Origin: an uncultured Planctomycetota bacterium
GTDB lineage: Bacteria > Planctomycetota > Planctomycetia > Isosphaerales > Isosphaeraceae
DNA: 64,000 bases
NCBI GenBank assembly: GCA_963737655.1
Contig: CAVTTN010000002.1
Coordinates: 6,624,001-6,688,000 of the forward strand
Direction: 5' to 3'
The translations under genes and the position numbers were made by a program. Below the pieces are notes generated by a model. It did no database searches. It saw only the letters and a list, made by a program, of their open reading frames with translations, and was not told the DNA's origin. This document shows positions 49,720 to 60,449 of this stretch, piece after piece (the first letter of the stretch is position 1; each line of letters opens with the position of its first letter).

Positions 49720-50088
49720 TTAAAACAGAAGTCCCGCTTCGCGCGCGGCGGCGGCCAGGGCCTCGACGCGGCCGTGATATTTGTAGCTTCGGCGATCGAA
49801 GCAGACCTTGTCAATCCCGGCCTGCTTCGCCCTCTCGGCGACGACCCGGCCGACGATCGTGGCGGCCGTCTTGTTGCCGCCGTAGGGCTGTTGCCCCTTG
49901 ACGTCCGGGTCGAGCGAGCTGGCCGCGGCGAGGGTCTTGCCCGCCGTGTCGTCGATGACCTGGGCGTAGATGTGTTTCGAGCTGCGGAAGACCGCCAGTC
50001 GGGGCCTCTCGGCCGTCCCGGACAGCTTCTTGCGGACCCGGCGCTGACGGCGGAGCCGCCTCGCCTCGATGATCTCTTTCTGACCCAT
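49720..50088 (-). CDS. rplR: 50S ribosomal protein L18
   Basis: [26 protein letters not shown]. Confidence 0.99.
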   Translation of the reverse strand: MGQKEIIEARRLRRQRRVRKKLSGTAERPRLAVFRSSKHIYAQVIDDTAGKTLAAASSLDPDVKGQQPYGGNKTAATIVGRVVAERAKQAGIDKVCFDRRSYKYHGRVEALAAAAREAGLLF

Positions 50089-50219
50089 CGCTCCAGCCTC
50101 TCTCGTGACGGCCCGGGGGCGACCGATTTCCGACCGGACGCCCGGCCTTCACGCCAAACACACGGCGGGTTCAACCCGCCAAATTCGATCGATTCATGAC
50201 GGCGGGCCGGGGCCCCGGA

Positions 50220-50771
50220 TTACTTCGAGCCGAACGCCTTGCCCGACTTCCGGCGGACGACTTCGCCCTCGTACCGGATGCCCTTGCCCTTGTACGGCTC
50301 GGGCGGGCGGACCTTGCGGATCTCGGCGGCGAACTGGCCGACCTTCTGCTTGTCGGCACCCGAGATCGTGATGTGAGTGGCGTCGGGGACGACCACGCTC
50401 ACGCCTTCGGGGGCCTCCATCACGATCTGGTTGGCGAAGCCGACCTGGAGGGCCACGGTGTTGGCCTTCTTCAGCTGGGCCTGGTAGCCGACGCCGACGA
50501 TCTCCAGCTTCTTCGAATAGCCGGTCGTCACGCCCTGGACCATGTTGGCGATCAGGCTCCGCGTGAGCCCGTGGAGGGCGCGGTTCTGCCTCTCGTCGTC
50601 GGCCCGGGTGACCAGCAGTTGCTTGGCGGCGTCGTCGTACTGGACCGCGATCCCGTCGCGATAGGAGAAGGCGAGCTTCCCCTTGGGCCCCTCGACGTTG
50701 ACCGTCGAATCGGCCACCGAGACCTTCACGTTCGCCGGGACGACCACCGGCTTTCGTCCGATTCGGGACAT
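50220..50771 (-). CDS. rplF: 50S ribosomal protein L6
   Basis: MSRIGRKP, RPPEPYKGKGIRY. Confidence 0.99.
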   Translation of the reverse strand: MSRIGRKPVVVPANVKVSVADSTVNVEGPKGKLAFSYRDGIAVQYDDAAKQLLVTRADDERQNRALHGLTRSLIANMVQGVTTGYSKKLEIVGVGYQAQLKKANTVALQVGFANQIVMEAPEGVSVVVPDATHITISGADKQKVGQFAAEIRKVRPPEPYKGKGIRYEGEVVRRKSGKAFGSK

Positions 50772-50836
50772 GGCTCCCTCGTCCTTACTTGAGTGATCCC
50801 AAAGGGGGTGTACGGGTCAGCGACCGGGGGTCGATC

Positions 50837-51232
50837 TCAATGGATCAGCGCCAGGACCTCGCCGCCGACCTTCTCGGCGCAGGCCCGGCGGTCGCTGAGA
50901 ATCCCCTTGGGCGTGCTCAGGATCTGGATGCCCATGCCGCCCAGGATCGGCTTCAAACCTTTGTAGCCGATGTATTTGCGACAGCCCGGCTTGCTCACCC
51001 GGTCGATCCGGGTGATCAGCCTCTCGCCGTTCGGGCCATACTTCAGGTGGAGCCGGAGGGTCTTGGCCGGGACGGTCTCGATCTCCTCGAAGTCCCAGAT
51101 GTACCCTTCGTCCTTGAGCACCTGGGCGATCCCGGTGCGGATCTTGGAGGTCGGCATATCGACCAGGGGACGCTCGATCCGCACGCAGTTGCGAATGCGG
51201 GTGAGCATGTCGGCGATCGTGTCGGTCATCAT
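50837..51232 (-). CDS. rpsH: 30S ribosomal protein S8
   Basis: IADMLTRIRN, SKPG.R.Y, GGEVL. Confidence 0.99.
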   Translation of the reverse strand: MMTDTIADMLTRIRNCVRIERPLVDMPTSKIRTGIAQVLKDEGYIWDFEEIETVPAKTLRLHLKYGPNGERLITRIDRVSKPGCRKYIGYKGLKPILGGMGIQILSTPKGILSDRRACAEKVGGEVLALIH

Positions 51233-51320
51233 GGGCGGGAGGGACCTGTCAACCGAAGCGGGTAACTCGCCCAGGGCGGGCGGGTCGGCGCGACGGGGAG
51301 GACTCGGACGGGGGCTTGGC

Positions 51321-51512
51321 TTACCAGCTTGCCTTCTTCACGCCGGGGATCAGGCCCTTGGAGGCCAGGGTCCGGAAGCAGATCCGGCAGATGCCGAACT
51401 TGCGATAGACGGCTCGCGGACGGCCGCAGAGCTTGCACCGATTCCGATGTCGGACCTTGAAGCCCGACTTCGGCGGCGACTGCGACTTGATCATCTGGGC
51501 CTTGGTCGACAT
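51321..51512 (-). CDS. rpsN: 30S ribosomal protein S14, Zn-binding type Z
   Basis: [23 protein letters not shown]. Confidence 0.98.
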   Translation of the reverse strand: MSTKAQMIKSQSPPKSGFKVRHRNRCKLCGRPRAVYRKFGICRICFRTLASKGLIPGVKKASW

Positions 51513-51562
51513 GAGAACCTCAAAGGGGAACCGCGTTCAGAGGTCGGCGGGGACGGCTCGGC

Positions 51563-52123
51563 TCACTTGCCCTTCTGGCCGGGTTGGCGGAACGGCATCC
51601 CGAAGGCCCGGAGCAGCTCGCGGGCCTGGTCGTCGTTCTGGGTCGTGGTGACGATCGTGATGTCCATGCCCTGGGTGTGCTGGATCTTGTCCGCCTCGAT
51701 CTCGGGGAAGACGACCTGCTCGGCCAGGCCCAGGGTGTAGTTGCCGTGGCCGTCGAAGCTGTTCGGATTGACGCCGCGGAAGTCGCGGATCCGCGGCAGG
51801 GCGATCGTGACCAGGCGGTCGAGGAACTCGTACATCCTCTGGCCTCGGAGGGTCACCTTGCAACCGATTTCGTTCCCCTCGCGGAGCCGGAACCCGGCGA
51901 CGGACGTCTTGGCCTTGGTGACCAGCGGCTTCTGGCCCGAGATCTTCGCCAGGCCGTCCACGGCCGCTTCGAGGACCGCCTTGTCCTGGGTGGCCCGCCC
52001 CACGCCCATGTTGATGACGATCTTTTCCAGCTTCGGGATCGCCATCTTGTTCTTCAGGCCGAACTTGGTCGTGAGATCCTGGGCGATCTTTGCGTTGTAC
52101 TGCTCTTGCAGGCGGGCGGCCAT
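51563..52123 (-). CDS. rplE: 50S ribosomal protein L5
   Basis: [20 protein letters not shown] and LPRIRDFRG motifs. Confidence 0.99.
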   Translation of the reverse strand: MAARLQEQYNAKIAQDLTTKFGLKNKMAIPKLEKIVINMGVGRATQDKAVLEAAVDGLAKISGQKPLVTKAKTSVAGFRLREGNEIGCKVTLRGQRMYEFLDRLVTIALPRIRDFRGVNPNSFDGHGNYTLGLAEQVVFPEIEADKIQHTQGMDITIVTTTQNDDQARELLRAFGMPFRQPGQKGK

Positions 52124-52137
52124 CGAATCTCTCTCCC

Positions 52138-52202
52138 GTGGGGTGCAGGGAATGCACCGTCTTCAGTTGCGGCAAACGGATGGTGCATTTCCAGCACCCT
52201 AC
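52138..52202. repeat. Inverted REP doublet (REPIN-like), GTAG type
   Basis: GTGGGGTGCAGGGAATGCACC at 52138-52158; minus-strand GTAGGGTGCTGGAAATGCACC at 52202-52182. Confidence 0.85.
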
Positions 52203-52264
52203 CAGGACGTCCGATCGGTCCGGACCGCTCGAAGGAAATCCGAAGATTTCGACCGTCGGGGGGC

Positions 52265-52621
52265 TCACCCCTTCTTCGCGGCCCGGGCCGGCTTGGGTCG
52301 CCCGATCAGGCCGAGGCCCTCGCCGGTGACCTTGCAGTAGCGTTCCTTCTGGCCGTCGGCGGTGAAGCGGAAGCCGACGCGGACGCCTCGGCGGGCGGCC
52401 GGGCTGTAGAGCATCACGTTCGAGGCGGAGATCGGCATCTCCTTCGAGAGCCGGCCGCCCTGCTGGTTCTTCTGGCTGGGCTTCAGGTGCTTGTAGACCC
52501 GGTTGACCCCCTCGACCACGATCTTATTCTTCTCCGGCAGGACGCGGAGGACCTTCCGGGGGTCGGGGCCCTTGTCGTCGCCGGTGATCACCACCACCAT
52601 GTCGTCTTTGCGGATATGCAT
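52265..52621 (-). CDS. rplX: 50S ribosomal protein L24
   Basis: IRKDD.VVVITG.DKG, VVEGVN, E.PI..SNV. Confidence 0.98.
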   Translation of the reverse strand: MHIRKDDMVVVITGDDKGPDPRKVLRVLPEKNKIVVEGVNRVYKHLKPSQKNQQGGRLSKEMPISASNVMLYSPAARRGVRVGFRFTADGQKERYCKVTGEGLGLIGRPKPARAAKKG

Positions 52622-52643
52622 GGCTCGGACTCGGAGTGCCTCG

Positions 52644-52738
52644 AAGTGCTGAGTGCTGAGTGCTGAGTGCTGAGTGTGATGAGGAGGGATCGAGTCCGGT
52701 CGGCCCGAGGGCGACTCAGCACTCAGCACTCAGCACTT
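52644..52738. repeat. Heptamer (GTGCTGA) inverted-repeat hairpin
   Basis: A(AGTGCTG)4AGT at 52644-52675 facing (ACTCAGC)3ACTT at 52714-52738. Confidence 0.95.
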
Positions 52739-52748
52739 GATCGGGGAG

Positions 52749-53129
52749 TCAGACCACCTCGGCCGCGAGGCTGATGATCTTCATGAACTGGCGGTCGCGG
52801 AGCTCGCGGGCGATCGCCCCGAAGATCCGGGTGCCCCGGGGGTTCTTCTCGTTGTCGATCAGGACGCAGGCGTTGCGGTCGAACTTGACGTAGGAGCCGT
52901 CGGTCCGGCGGGTGCTATAGCGGACCCGGACCACGACGGCCTTCACCACGTCGCCGGCCTTCACGTCGCCGCCGGGCGAGGCCTTCTTGACGCTGCAAAT
53001 GATGATGTCGCCCAGCCCGGCCGTGCGCCTCTTGTACCTCGACGCGCTGCCGCCGAGGACCTTGAAGCACATCACCTCCTTGGCCCCGGTATTGTCGGCC
53101 ACGTCGAGCCGCGTCTGCATCTGGATCAT
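52749..53129 (-). CDS. rplN: 50S ribosomal protein L14
   Basis: [26 protein letters not shown]. Confidence 0.99.
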   Translation of the reverse strand: MIQMQTRLDVADNTGAKEVMCFKVLGGSASRYKRRTAGLGDIIICSVKKASPGGDVKAGDVVKAVVVRVRYSTRRTDGSYVKFDRNACVLIDNEKNPRGTRIFGAIARELRDRQFMKIISLAAEVV

Positions 53130-53273
53130 GGGAGCACCAAAACCTGTCTCTCAACTCGGGGGCCGACGATCGACCGGGGGAGGAAGCGAAATCGAGCCGA
53201 TCACTCTCGCACAGATCGGCCCGATCCGACAAGGGGTTTCCGTCCGAAAAATCCGCACGACCGGCCGTCGGGA

Positions 53274-53627
53274 TCACCCCTGCGTGGCCGGGGCCTCGGC
53301 CTTCGTCGCGCCCTCGCCCTCGCCGGCCAGGGCCTGCTGGGCGCCCTTGCGAACGATCCGCACGATCCGCCATCGCTTGAGCTTCGAGAGCGGCCGGGTC
53401 TCCATGATCTCGACGAGGTCGCCGACATGGGTGGCGTTCTGCTCGTCGTGGGCGTGGCAGACCGTCCTCCGCCGGAGGAACTTGCCGTACTTCGGGTGCG
53501 GGACCAGGCGCTCGACCTCGACCCGGCGGGTCTTGTTCATCTTATCCGACGTGACCATGCCGATCTCGGTCTTGCGACGGCGACGGGCCGGGGCGTCGGG
53601 CGGGGCATTGGCGGGGGCTTGGCTCAT
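53274..53627 (-). CDS. rpsQ: 30S ribosomal protein S17
   Basis: G.VTSDKMNKT, HPKYGK and ETRPLSKLKRW motifs. Confidence 0.98.
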   Translation of the reverse strand: MSQAPANAPPDAPARRRRKTEIGMVTSDKMNKTRRVEVERLVPHPKYGKFLRRRTVCHAHDEQNATHVGDLVEIMETRPLSKLKRWRIVRIVRKGAQQALAGEGEGATKAEAPATQG

Positions 53628-53657
53628 CGCTGCGGTCCCTCGGGGGCTCACGGGGTC

Positions 53658-53894
53658 TTATTTCGAGGCCGGGGCGGAGGCGGCCGGCGCCTCACGCTCC
53701 CTCTGGAGCTCGCGCTCGCGGAGGATCGTCTTGATCCGCGCGATCTCGCGCTTGGCCTTGATGATTTCGCTGGGGGCTTCCAGCCGCTCGGTCTCGCTCT
53801 GGAGCCGGAGCCGGAAGAGGTTGTGCTGGGTCTCGGCCAGGAGCAATTCGAGCTGGTCGTCGTTCTGCTCGCGGATCTGGGCGGGCTTGCTCAT
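53658..53894 (-). CDS. rpmC: 50S ribosomal protein L29
   Basis: LFRLRLQ..I..AKREIARIKTILRE; position before rpsQ. Confidence 0.95.
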   Translation of the reverse strand: MSKPAQIREQNDDQLELLLAETQHNLFRLRLQSETERLEAPSEIIKAKREIARIKTILRERELQREREAPAASAPASK

Positions 53895-54693
53895 CGCGGA
53901 ATCCTCTCCCCCGCCTCGGACCCGGCGGGGCGGGCGGGCGTCTTGCTCAGGTGCTTCAGGATCGACTTCAGCCGGCCCCCCCACGTCGAGCGCCTCGGGG
54001 CCGGTCGCCGGGCGAAGAACAGCCCCATCGGCGAGTCCCCCTGGCGTCGCCAGGTCACCTCGAAGCCGGCCCCTCGGAGTTGACGGGCCAGGGCCTCGAC
54101 GGTGAATCGCTCGAACCCGGAGACGCGGACCTCGTCGGCGAGATGGTCGCCCGAGGTCTCGTGGAACTCCCCGGCGATCGTGTCGATGAGGTGCAATTTC
54201 TTCGAGGTCAGGAGGATCGGGAACTCGGACCCCTCGCAATCGATCTTCAGGAAGGCCACGCGCCTCCGGCCCCCGTTGGTGGCCCGGTCCAGGACGTCAT
54301 CGAAGGGGACCGTCTCAACTTTTCGCCCGGAACCGCCCCAGAGCAGGCTCCCGCCCCCGGTGTTGGCCGGGTCGCCGGAGGGGGTGAACGCCAGGGACGA
54401 GGCGGGCCGGTCGGACCGCCAGACGGCCTTGTTCACGAGCGTCACGCGGTCGCCGAAGGCCCGGAGGTTCTCCCGGGCGGCGTCGAAGTTCGACGGCTCG
54501 GCCTCGAACCCGAACAGGCGGCCGGCGCCGCGAGTCAGGGCCGAGTAGCTGAATCCGCCGATGTGAACGCCGATGTCCACCACCGTCTCCTCGGCCCGAA
54601 CGACTCGGGCATCTCATATTCGTTGTGCTCTTGGAAGTGGCGGAAAATGACCTCGTCGAGGGTTCCCGGCCGGAAGACGAAGGCGTCGCTCAT
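53891..54693 (-). CDS. FkbM family methyltransferase (frameshift near 54594)
   Basis: VVDIG.HIG.FS, FEAEPSNF and LKIDCEGSE; the N-terminus MSDAFVFRPGTLDEVIF..NEY joins with one extra base; stop overlaps the rpmC ATG. Confidence 0.88.
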
Positions 54694-54737
54694 GAGAACC
54701 TCCCTGTCCCGAACCTCGAAAGACCCCCGGACTCCGA

Positions 54738-55157
54738 TCAGAGGGTCGGCCGACGGGCGACGAAGCGGCAGGTCACGGGAAGCTTGTGGGCGATCCGGGC
54801 GAAGGCGGCCCGGGCGATGTCCTCGCTGACCCCCCCCAGCTCGAACAGGATCGTGCCGGGCTTGACGACGGCCGCCCAGTATTCGACTTCTCCCTTGCCC
54901 TTACCCATCCGGGTCTCGGCCGGGATCGAGGTCACGCTCTTGTGGGGGAAGATCCGGATGAAGAGCTTGCCGCCCCCCTTGACCGACTGGGCGGCCACGA
55001 TGCGGCCCGCCTCGATCGTCTGGGCGCTGATCTTGCCGGGTTCGAGCGACTGGAGGCCGAAATCGCCGAAGGCGACGTAGTTGCCCCGGGTGGCGTTGCC
55101 GCGAATCCGGCCCTTCTGGACCTTCCGGAATTTGACCCTCTTGGGCATCAAAGGCAT
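54738..55157 (-). CDS. rplP: 50S ribosomal protein L16
   Basis: [15 protein letters not shown] and RMGKGKG motifs. Confidence 0.99.
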   Translation of the reverse strand: MPLMPKRVKFRKVQKGRIRGNATRGNYVAFGDFGLQSLEPGKISAQTIEAGRIVAAQSVKGGGKLFIRIFPHKSVTSIPAETRMGKGKGEVEYWAAVVKPGTILFELGGVSEDIARAAFARIAHKLPVTCRFVARRPTL

Positions 55158-55215
55158 GCGAGGACTCTCTTTCTATCGATGCGAAAGGGCGCCGGTGATG
55201 GCCCGGCGCCTCGGA

Positions 55216-55959
55216 TCAACGACGACCACCCCCGCCGCCACCGCCACCGCCTCCACCACCGCTGCCGCCGCCTCGGGGCCTCCGGGGCCTCTTGGGCGGA
55301 CCTCCGGGAGCATTCTCGGGCGCCTCGTCGGCCTTCAGATAGTCGCCCTGGTGGACCCACACCTTGATGCCGATGTGGCCCTGGGCGGTCTTCGCCTCGG
55401 AGAAGCCGTAATCGATCTTTGCCCGGAGCGTCGAGAGCGGGATCGACCCGGCGTTGGCCCCCTCGGTCCGGCTCATCTCGGAGCCGCCGAGGCGGCCGGA
55501 GAGCTGGACCTTCACGCCCTTGGCCCCGCCGTCCATCGTCTGTTCCAGGGCCCTCTTGATCGTCCGGCGGAAGCTCGACCGCTTCTTGAGCTGCTCGGCG
55601 ATGTCCTCGCTGATCAGCTGGGCGTCGATCTCCGGCCGGGTGACCTCCTCGATCTTGATGTCGATCCGGCGGCCGGTGAGGGTCTGGAGCTCCTCCTGGA
55701 TCCGCTCGACCTCCGAGCCCTTCCGGCCGATGATCACGCCGGGCCGGGCGGTGAAGAGGATGACCTTCACGGCGTCCCGGGTCCGCTCGATCTCGATCTT
55801 GGGGATGCCGGCGAACGAGTATTTCTGCTTGATGAATTTGCGGATCTTGAAGTCTTCGACGAGGAGCTCGCTGAACTCGTGCTTGTTGGCGTACCAGCGG
55901 CTCCGCCAGTCTTCGTAGACCCCCACCCGGAACCCGGTGGGTCGGACTTTCTGGCCCAT
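55216..55959 (-). CDS. rpsC: 30S ribosomal protein S3
   Basis: MGQKV.P.GFR, ARPGVIIGRKG, PLSTLRA.IDY; poly-Gly tail. Confidence 0.99.
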   Translation of the reverse strand: MGQKVRPTGFRVGVYEDWRSRWYANKHEFSELLVEDFKIRKFIKQKYSFAGIPKIEIERTRDAVKVILFTARPGVIIGRKGSEVERIQEELQTLTGRRIDIKIEEVTRPEIDAQLISEDIAEQLKKRSSFRRTIKRALEQTMDGGAKGVKVQLSGRLGGSEMSRTEGANAGSIPLSTLRAKIDYGFSEAKTAQGHIGIKVWVHQGDYLKADEAPENAPGGPPKRPRRPRGGGSGGGGGGGGGGGGRR

Positions 55960-56032
55960 TGGGAGGCGTCCTTCAGGCTTGGCTCGTTCGGGAAGTCGGT
56001 CGGGTCGGGTTCGAGTGGGGTCGGTTCGGGGT

Positions 56033-56434
56033 CTATTCGTCGTCGCCGTCGGCCTCGGGGGCGTCCCCGGCGAGGATCGACTCCAGGTCGGTCAGGCCGA
56101 TGGTGATGTGGCACGACCGGCGGCGGATCATGTAGGCCATCCCGCGGGCCCGGGGCATCAGCCTCTTGAACATCGGGCCGCCGTCGCCTCGGGCATCGAC
56201 GACGATCAGGTCGCCGGAGTTGCGGACCCCGCGGTCCTCGGCGTTGGCCATGGCGCTCTTGAGCACCTGCTCGATCATCCTCGCCCCGCGGTTGGGCATG
56301 TATTTCAGGATGTCCAGGGCGTTGTCGGCGTACTTGCCCCGGATCAGGTCCAGCAACGGCCGGAGCTTCCGGACGCTGGACCGGGCGAACCGGTGCGACG
56401 CCTTGTACGGTTGGGGGCTCTTGGTCTTGGCCAT
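56033..56434 (-). CDS. rplV: 50S ribosomal protein L22
   Basis: LKSAMANAE, GP.FKR..PRARG. Confidence 0.98.
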   Translation of the reverse strand: MAKTKSPQPYKASHRFARSSVRKLRPLLDLIRGKYADNALDILKYMPNRGARMIEQVLKSAMANAEDRGVRNSGDLIVVDARGDGGPMFKRLMPRARGMAYMIRRRSCHITIGLTDLESILAGDAPEADGDDE

Positions 56435-56518
56435 GATTGGGCGCCGAGGGCGATTCCGGGGTTCTGGGAAACGATCGGAAGGGCCGAGCGACCGGCCCTC
56501 GGGGGAGTGGACTCTCGA

Positions 56519-56800
56519 TTACTTCCGGGCCGGCTTGCCGCCCTTGCCGCCGTGACCGCGGAAGGTCCGCGTCGGCGAGAACTCGCCGAGCTTGTGGCCG
56601 ACCATGTCCTCGGTCACGTACAGCTTGATGAACATCTTGCCGTTGTGGATCGCGAAGTTCTTGCCGATGAATTCCGGGACGATGGTGCAGGCGCGGGACC
56701 AGGTCCGGATCGGCTCGCGGGCGCCGGTGGCCTCGGCCCGGTACACCTTTTCGAGCAGACGCTCGTCGACGTACGGGCCTTTCTTGAGCGAACGTCCCAT
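56519..56800 (-). CDS. rpsS: 30S ribosomal protein S19
   Basis: RSLKKGP, TWSR and [12 protein letters not shown] motifs. Confidence 0.99.
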   Translation of the reverse strand: MGRSLKKGPYVDERLLEKVYRAEATGAREPIRTWSRACTIVPEFIGKNFAIHNGKMFIKLYVTEDMVGHKLGEFSPTRTFRGHGGKGGKPARK

Positions 56801-56949
56801 GAGTCAGGGTCTCTCGAAACGGAGGGTCCAGGTCGGGCGAAGAGTCGAAGGTCTCGGGGCGAAGCGGCCGGGCCTCGCGATCGTTTCGCGAGGCCCGGCC
56901 CGAGTTGAAGGTCTTGGCCGAGGCGCGAACCCGGGACGGCCCCGGCGGG

Positions 56950-57810
56950 TCAGAGTTTCAACTGGCCGTAGCGGACGCTCTTGCGGCGGCGGATGATCGC
57001 CGAGTTCGACGGCTTCCGCCGGCGGCGGGTCTTGCCGCCCTTGGCCGGGACTCCGGTGGGCGAGCAGGGGTGGCGACCGCCGGAGGTCCGGCCCTCGCCG
57101 CCGCCCATCGGGTGATCGACCGGGTTCATGGCCACGCCTCGGACGTGGGGCCGACGCCCCAGCCACCGCGAGCGACCGGCCTTACCGAGGCGAATATTCA
57201 TATGGTCGGCGTTGCCCACGACCCCGATCGTCGCCCGGCACGCCGCGGGAATCCGGCGAATTTCGCCCGACGGCAGGGTGATCTGGGCCCAGGTCCCCTC
57301 GCGGGCGGTCAGGGTGGCCGAGACCCCGGCCGATCGGCAGAGCTTCGCGCCTCCGCCGGGGACCATCTCGATGTTGTGGATCGCCAGGCCCGTAGGGATC
57401 TTGCTCATCGGCAGGCAGTTGCCCACCTTCGGCTCGGCCCCCGGGCCGTTCTGGACGGTCATCCCGGCCTTGAGCCCTTCGGGGGCGACGATGTACCGCT
57501 TCTCGCCGTCCTCGTACTTGACCAGGGCGATCCGGGCGGATCGGTTGGGGTCGTACTCGATGTGGGTGACCAGGGCGGGGATGCCGTCCTTGTCGTGCCG
57601 GCGGAAGTCGATGATCCGGTACATCCTCTTGTGGCCGCCGCCCCGGTGGCGGGCGGTGATGAAGCCCTGGTTGTTCCGGCCCCCCTTCTTCTTGAGGGGT
57701 TCGGTCAGGCTTTTCTCGGGCTTCTTGTTCTTGTCGGTCAGCTCGGAAAAGTCGCTGACCGACGCGTTCCGGCGCCCGGGACTGGTCGGCTTGTAGTAGC
57801 GGATACCCAT
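56950..57810 (-). CDS. rplB: 50S ribosomal protein L2
   Basis: [27 protein letters not shown]. Confidence 0.99.
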   Translation of the reverse strand: MGIRYYKPTSPGRRNASVSDFSELTDKNKKPEKSLTEPLKKKGGRNNQGFITARHRGGGHKRMYRIIDFRRHDKDGIPALVTHIEYDPNRSARIALVKYEDGEKRYIVAPEGLKAGMTVQNGPGAEPKVGNCLPMSKIPTGLAIHNIEMVPGGGAKLCRSAGVSATLTAREGTWAQITLPSGEIRRIPAACRATIGVVGNADHMNIRLGKAGRSRWLGRRPHVRGVAMNPVDHPMGGGEGRTSGGRHPCSPTGVPAKGGKTRRRRKPSNSAIIRRRKSVRYGQLKL

Positions 57811-57877
57811 TCTGTTCCCATCCTCTCCCGATCCGAGGGGCGCCGTCTCGCCGAGCCTGGCGATCGTACCGATCCGA

Positions 57878-58204
57878 TCAATAGAAATCAATCCGGTGTT
57901 CGTCCGTGAGCTTCACGATCGCCTTCTTCCAGTTCCTCATCCGGCCCACCTTCGTCCGATGACGGCGGACCTTACCCCGGCGGTTCTGGGTCCTCACGTC
58001 GGCGACCTCGACGTGGAACAGGATCTCGACGGCCTTCTTGATCTCGGTCTTCGTGGCCAGGGGGTTGACCTCGAAGGTGTAGGCGTTGTGCCTCTCGGAG
58101 AGGTGGGTCGCCTTCTCGGTGATCAACGGGCGGAGGATCACCTGGTACGGTTCGAGCTTCGGCCCGGAGCGTTCGTAGTGGGGGGCGTGGCGGAGGGTGA
58201 CCAT
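57878..58204 (-). CDS. rplW: 50S ribosomal protein L23
   Basis: [17 protein letters not shown] and WKKAIV motifs. Confidence 0.98.
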   Translation of the reverse strand: MVTLRHAPHYERSGPKLEPYQVILRPLITEKATHLSERHNAYTFEVNPLATKTEIKKAVEILFHVEVADVRTQNRRGKVRRHRTKVGRMRNWKKAIVKLTDEHRIDFY

Positions 58205-58210
58205 GGCGGA

Positions 58211-58990
58211 TTAGCTCTCCTGTCCGGCGGTCGCGGGGGCGGCGACAGCGACGGCGGGCCTGGGCCGGCGGGCCGGCTTCTCCTTGACCCGCTCCTTCAG
58301 CGCCGCGAACGCCTCGCGGGTCAGGAGCAAGTACTTCTGCTTGAGCACGTCGTAGGTGTTGAATTCGGCCACCGGCGCGACGGCGACCCCTTCGAGGTTC
58401 CGGGCGCTGCGGTGGAGCGTGGGGTCGAGCGCCGGGGTGCCGATGAGGATCGTCCGGCCGTCGAGCGTCCGCTTCCGGGCGGCGGCCTTGGTCTCGGTCG
58501 GCTCGGGCGTCGCCTCGTCGTCCTTCAGGTCGGGCCGGGCGATCGCGCGGAGGAGGGTGGCGACGACCTTGGTCTTGGGCTTCGCGTCCGGACTCGCGGT
58601 CCCCAGGCCCTCGACGATCAGGGCCTCGCCGTCCTGGAACTTGGAGAGGATCGCCTGGCGGATCGCGGACCTCACGGCCTTCTTGGGCATCGTGTAGGAG
58701 TAGTCGCGATTCCTCTTGGCGAACGCGACGCCGCCGCCCTTTCGCTTGTTCGTCCTCTTGGCGCCGGCGCGGGCGTTGCCGGTCCCCTTCTGGCGGAAGA
58801 GCTTCTTGCCGGACCCGGCGACGTCGGCCCGCCCCCGGGTGTTCACGGTGCCGACCCGGCGGTTGGCCAGGTGCATCACCACCACGTCGTGGAGGAGTTG
58901 CTTGTTGACTTCGCCGCCGAAGTCGGCCGGGTCGATCGACTCCTCGCCGATCTTCTGGCCGGTGGTGTTGTAGACGGGCACGCTCAGCAT
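58211..58990 (-). CDS. rplD: 50S ribosomal protein L4
   Basis: RQKGTGNARAG, GGGVAF, SARNL; internal low-complexity insertion. Confidence 0.97.
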   Translation of the reverse strand: MLSVPVYNTTGQKIGEESIDPADFGGEVNKQLLHDVVVMHLANRRVGTVNTRGRADVAGSGKKLFRQKGTGNARAGAKRTNKRKGGGVAFAKRNRDYSYTMPKKAVRSAIRQAILSKFQDGEALIVEGLGTASPDAKPKTKVVATLLRAIARPDLKDDEATPEPTETKAAARKRTLDGRTILIGTPALDPTLHRSARNLEGVAVAPVAEFNTYDVLKQKYLLLTREAFAALKERVKEKPARRPRPAVAVAAPATAGQES

Positions 58991-59100
58991 GGGATCGCAT
59001 CCGGAGTTCGGAACACGGAAAGATCGCGGAGGGGGGGATCGATCGGCCCGATCCCGGTCCCGTCTCGGGGATCACCCGCGTTGATCTGTGAGAGAAGTCC

Positions 59101-59736
59101 CTAGACCTTGTTCGTCTGCCGGACGGTCACGAAGGCGTTGTTGTGCCCCGGGACGGCGCCTCGGACCAGCAGGAGGTTGTTCGTCGGATCGACCCGGACG
59201 ACCTTCAGGTTGCGGACGGTCACCCGGGCGTTGCCGTGGTGCCCCGGCTTGCGGATGCCCTTGCGGGTGTGGGACGGGTCGGCCGACGGGCCGCTGGAGC
59301 CGGGGTGGCGGTGCATCCGCTTCACGCCGTGGGTGGCGCGGAGGCCCTTGAAGCCGTGGCGCTTCATCACGCCGGTGAAGCCGCGGCCCTTGCTCGTGCC
59401 GATCACGTCCACGCGGCCGATCGCGTTGAAGACCTCGACGGTGAGGGTCTGCCCCTCGCTCACGCCGTCGGCCGGGGCGTCCTGGCGGATCTCCCGGACG
59501 AACTTCTTGGGCTCGGCCTCCACCTTCCGGGCGTGGCCGCGCTCGGCCTGGGTGGCGCTCTTCCGCTTCTTGTCCGCGAAGCCGAGCTGGACGGCGTGGT
59601 AGCCGTCCCGTTCGAGGGTCCGGACCTGGAGGACCGTGCAGGGCCCGCACTCCAGGACCGTCACCGGGACGGCCGTGCCGTCCGCCTCGTAAATCTGGGT
59701 CATGCCGACTTTGCGGCCGAGCAATCCGACGTTCAT
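59101..59736 (-). CDS. rplC: 50S ribosomal protein L3
   Basis: G.KVGMTQ, DGY.AVQLG and SKGRGF.GVMKRH motifs. Confidence 0.99.
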   Translation of the reverse strand: MNVGLLGRKVGMTQIYEADGTAVPVTVLECGPCTVLQVRTLERDGYHAVQLGFADKKRKSATQAERGHARKVEAEPKKFVREIRQDAPADGVSEGQTLTVEVFNAIGRVDVIGTSKGRGFTGVMKRHGFKGLRATHGVKRMHRHPGSSGPSADPSHTRKGIRKPGHHGNARVTVRNLKVVRVDPTNNLLLVRGAVPGHNNAFVTVRQTNKV

Positions 59737-59909
59737 GGGTCCAGACCGCTCCCGAAAGGCAACGAGGAGGACGGGAGGCGCCTCCGCCAGGGGGGCCGAA
59801 GCCCGAAATCCCGGCACCGACACGGGACTAGCGGGGCGACAGGGCCCCGGCCCGGAGGTCGGCTCCATCGAGTTGTGGGGAAAATCCTTCCGACCGAATG
59901 GCGGGTCGA

Positions 59910-60242
59910 TCAACCCCCGGTCGGCCCGGCCTTGATCTTGATATCGACCCCGGCCGGGAGGCTGAGCTTGTTCAGGGCGTCGATCGTCTTGGCCGTCGGC
60001 TGGACGATGTCGATCAGACGCTTGTGGGTGCGGATCTCGAATTGCTCCCGCGACTTCTTGTCGATGTGCGGGCTGCGGAGGACGGTGTACCGCTCGATCC
60101 GGGTCGGCAGCGGGATCGGCCCGTGGACGATCGCCTCGGTCCTCTTGGCCGTCTCGACGATGTCCTTGGCGGATTGATCGAGGATGGTATGGTCGTACGC
60201 CTCCATCCGAATCCGAATCCGCTCGTTGCTGATGCCGGCCAC
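59910..60242 (-). CDS. rpsJ: 30S ribosomal protein S10
   Basis: [15 protein letters not shown] and [13 protein letters not shown] motifs. Confidence 0.99.
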   Translation of the reverse strand: MAGISNERIRIRMEAYDHTILDQSAKDIVETAKRTEAIVHGPIPLPTRIERYTVLRSPHIDKKSREQFEIRTHKRLIDIVQPTAKTIDALNKLSLPAGVDIKIKAGPTGG

Positions 60243-60317
60243 GCGTCTTATCCCTTCCCGAAACGGACGAGTTCACGCAAGGTGGGCTGTCCTGACCCCC
60301 ACCTCGGGGAAAGTAAG

Positions 60318-60346
60318 AGTGTAAAGGGCGTTCACGGATCGGTCAA
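60318..60346 (-). promoter_or_regulatory. Putative sigma70 promoter of the S10 operon
   Basis: Minus strand reads TTGACC-17 nt-TACACT, about 75 nt upstream of rpsJ. Confidence 0.75.
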
Positions 60347-60449
60347 GCGGACTTCTCGGGTTTTCCGCGAGAATCCGCGCGATGGCGGGACGAGACTCGG
60401 GGCGATAGCATGGCCTGAGGAGCGTCTCCACCTTGTTGAGGTCCCCAGA

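Noticed and set aside
50164..50180. GGCGGGTTCAACCCGCC hairpin between rplF and rplR as a REP or terminator
   Set aside because: Single short copy, no clear tag or U tract; too little evidence to classify.
55216..55290. Poly-Gly tail of S3 and the insertion in L4 as novel domains
   Set aside because: Low-complexity extensions of ribosomal proteins are common and nothing here indicates a specific function.
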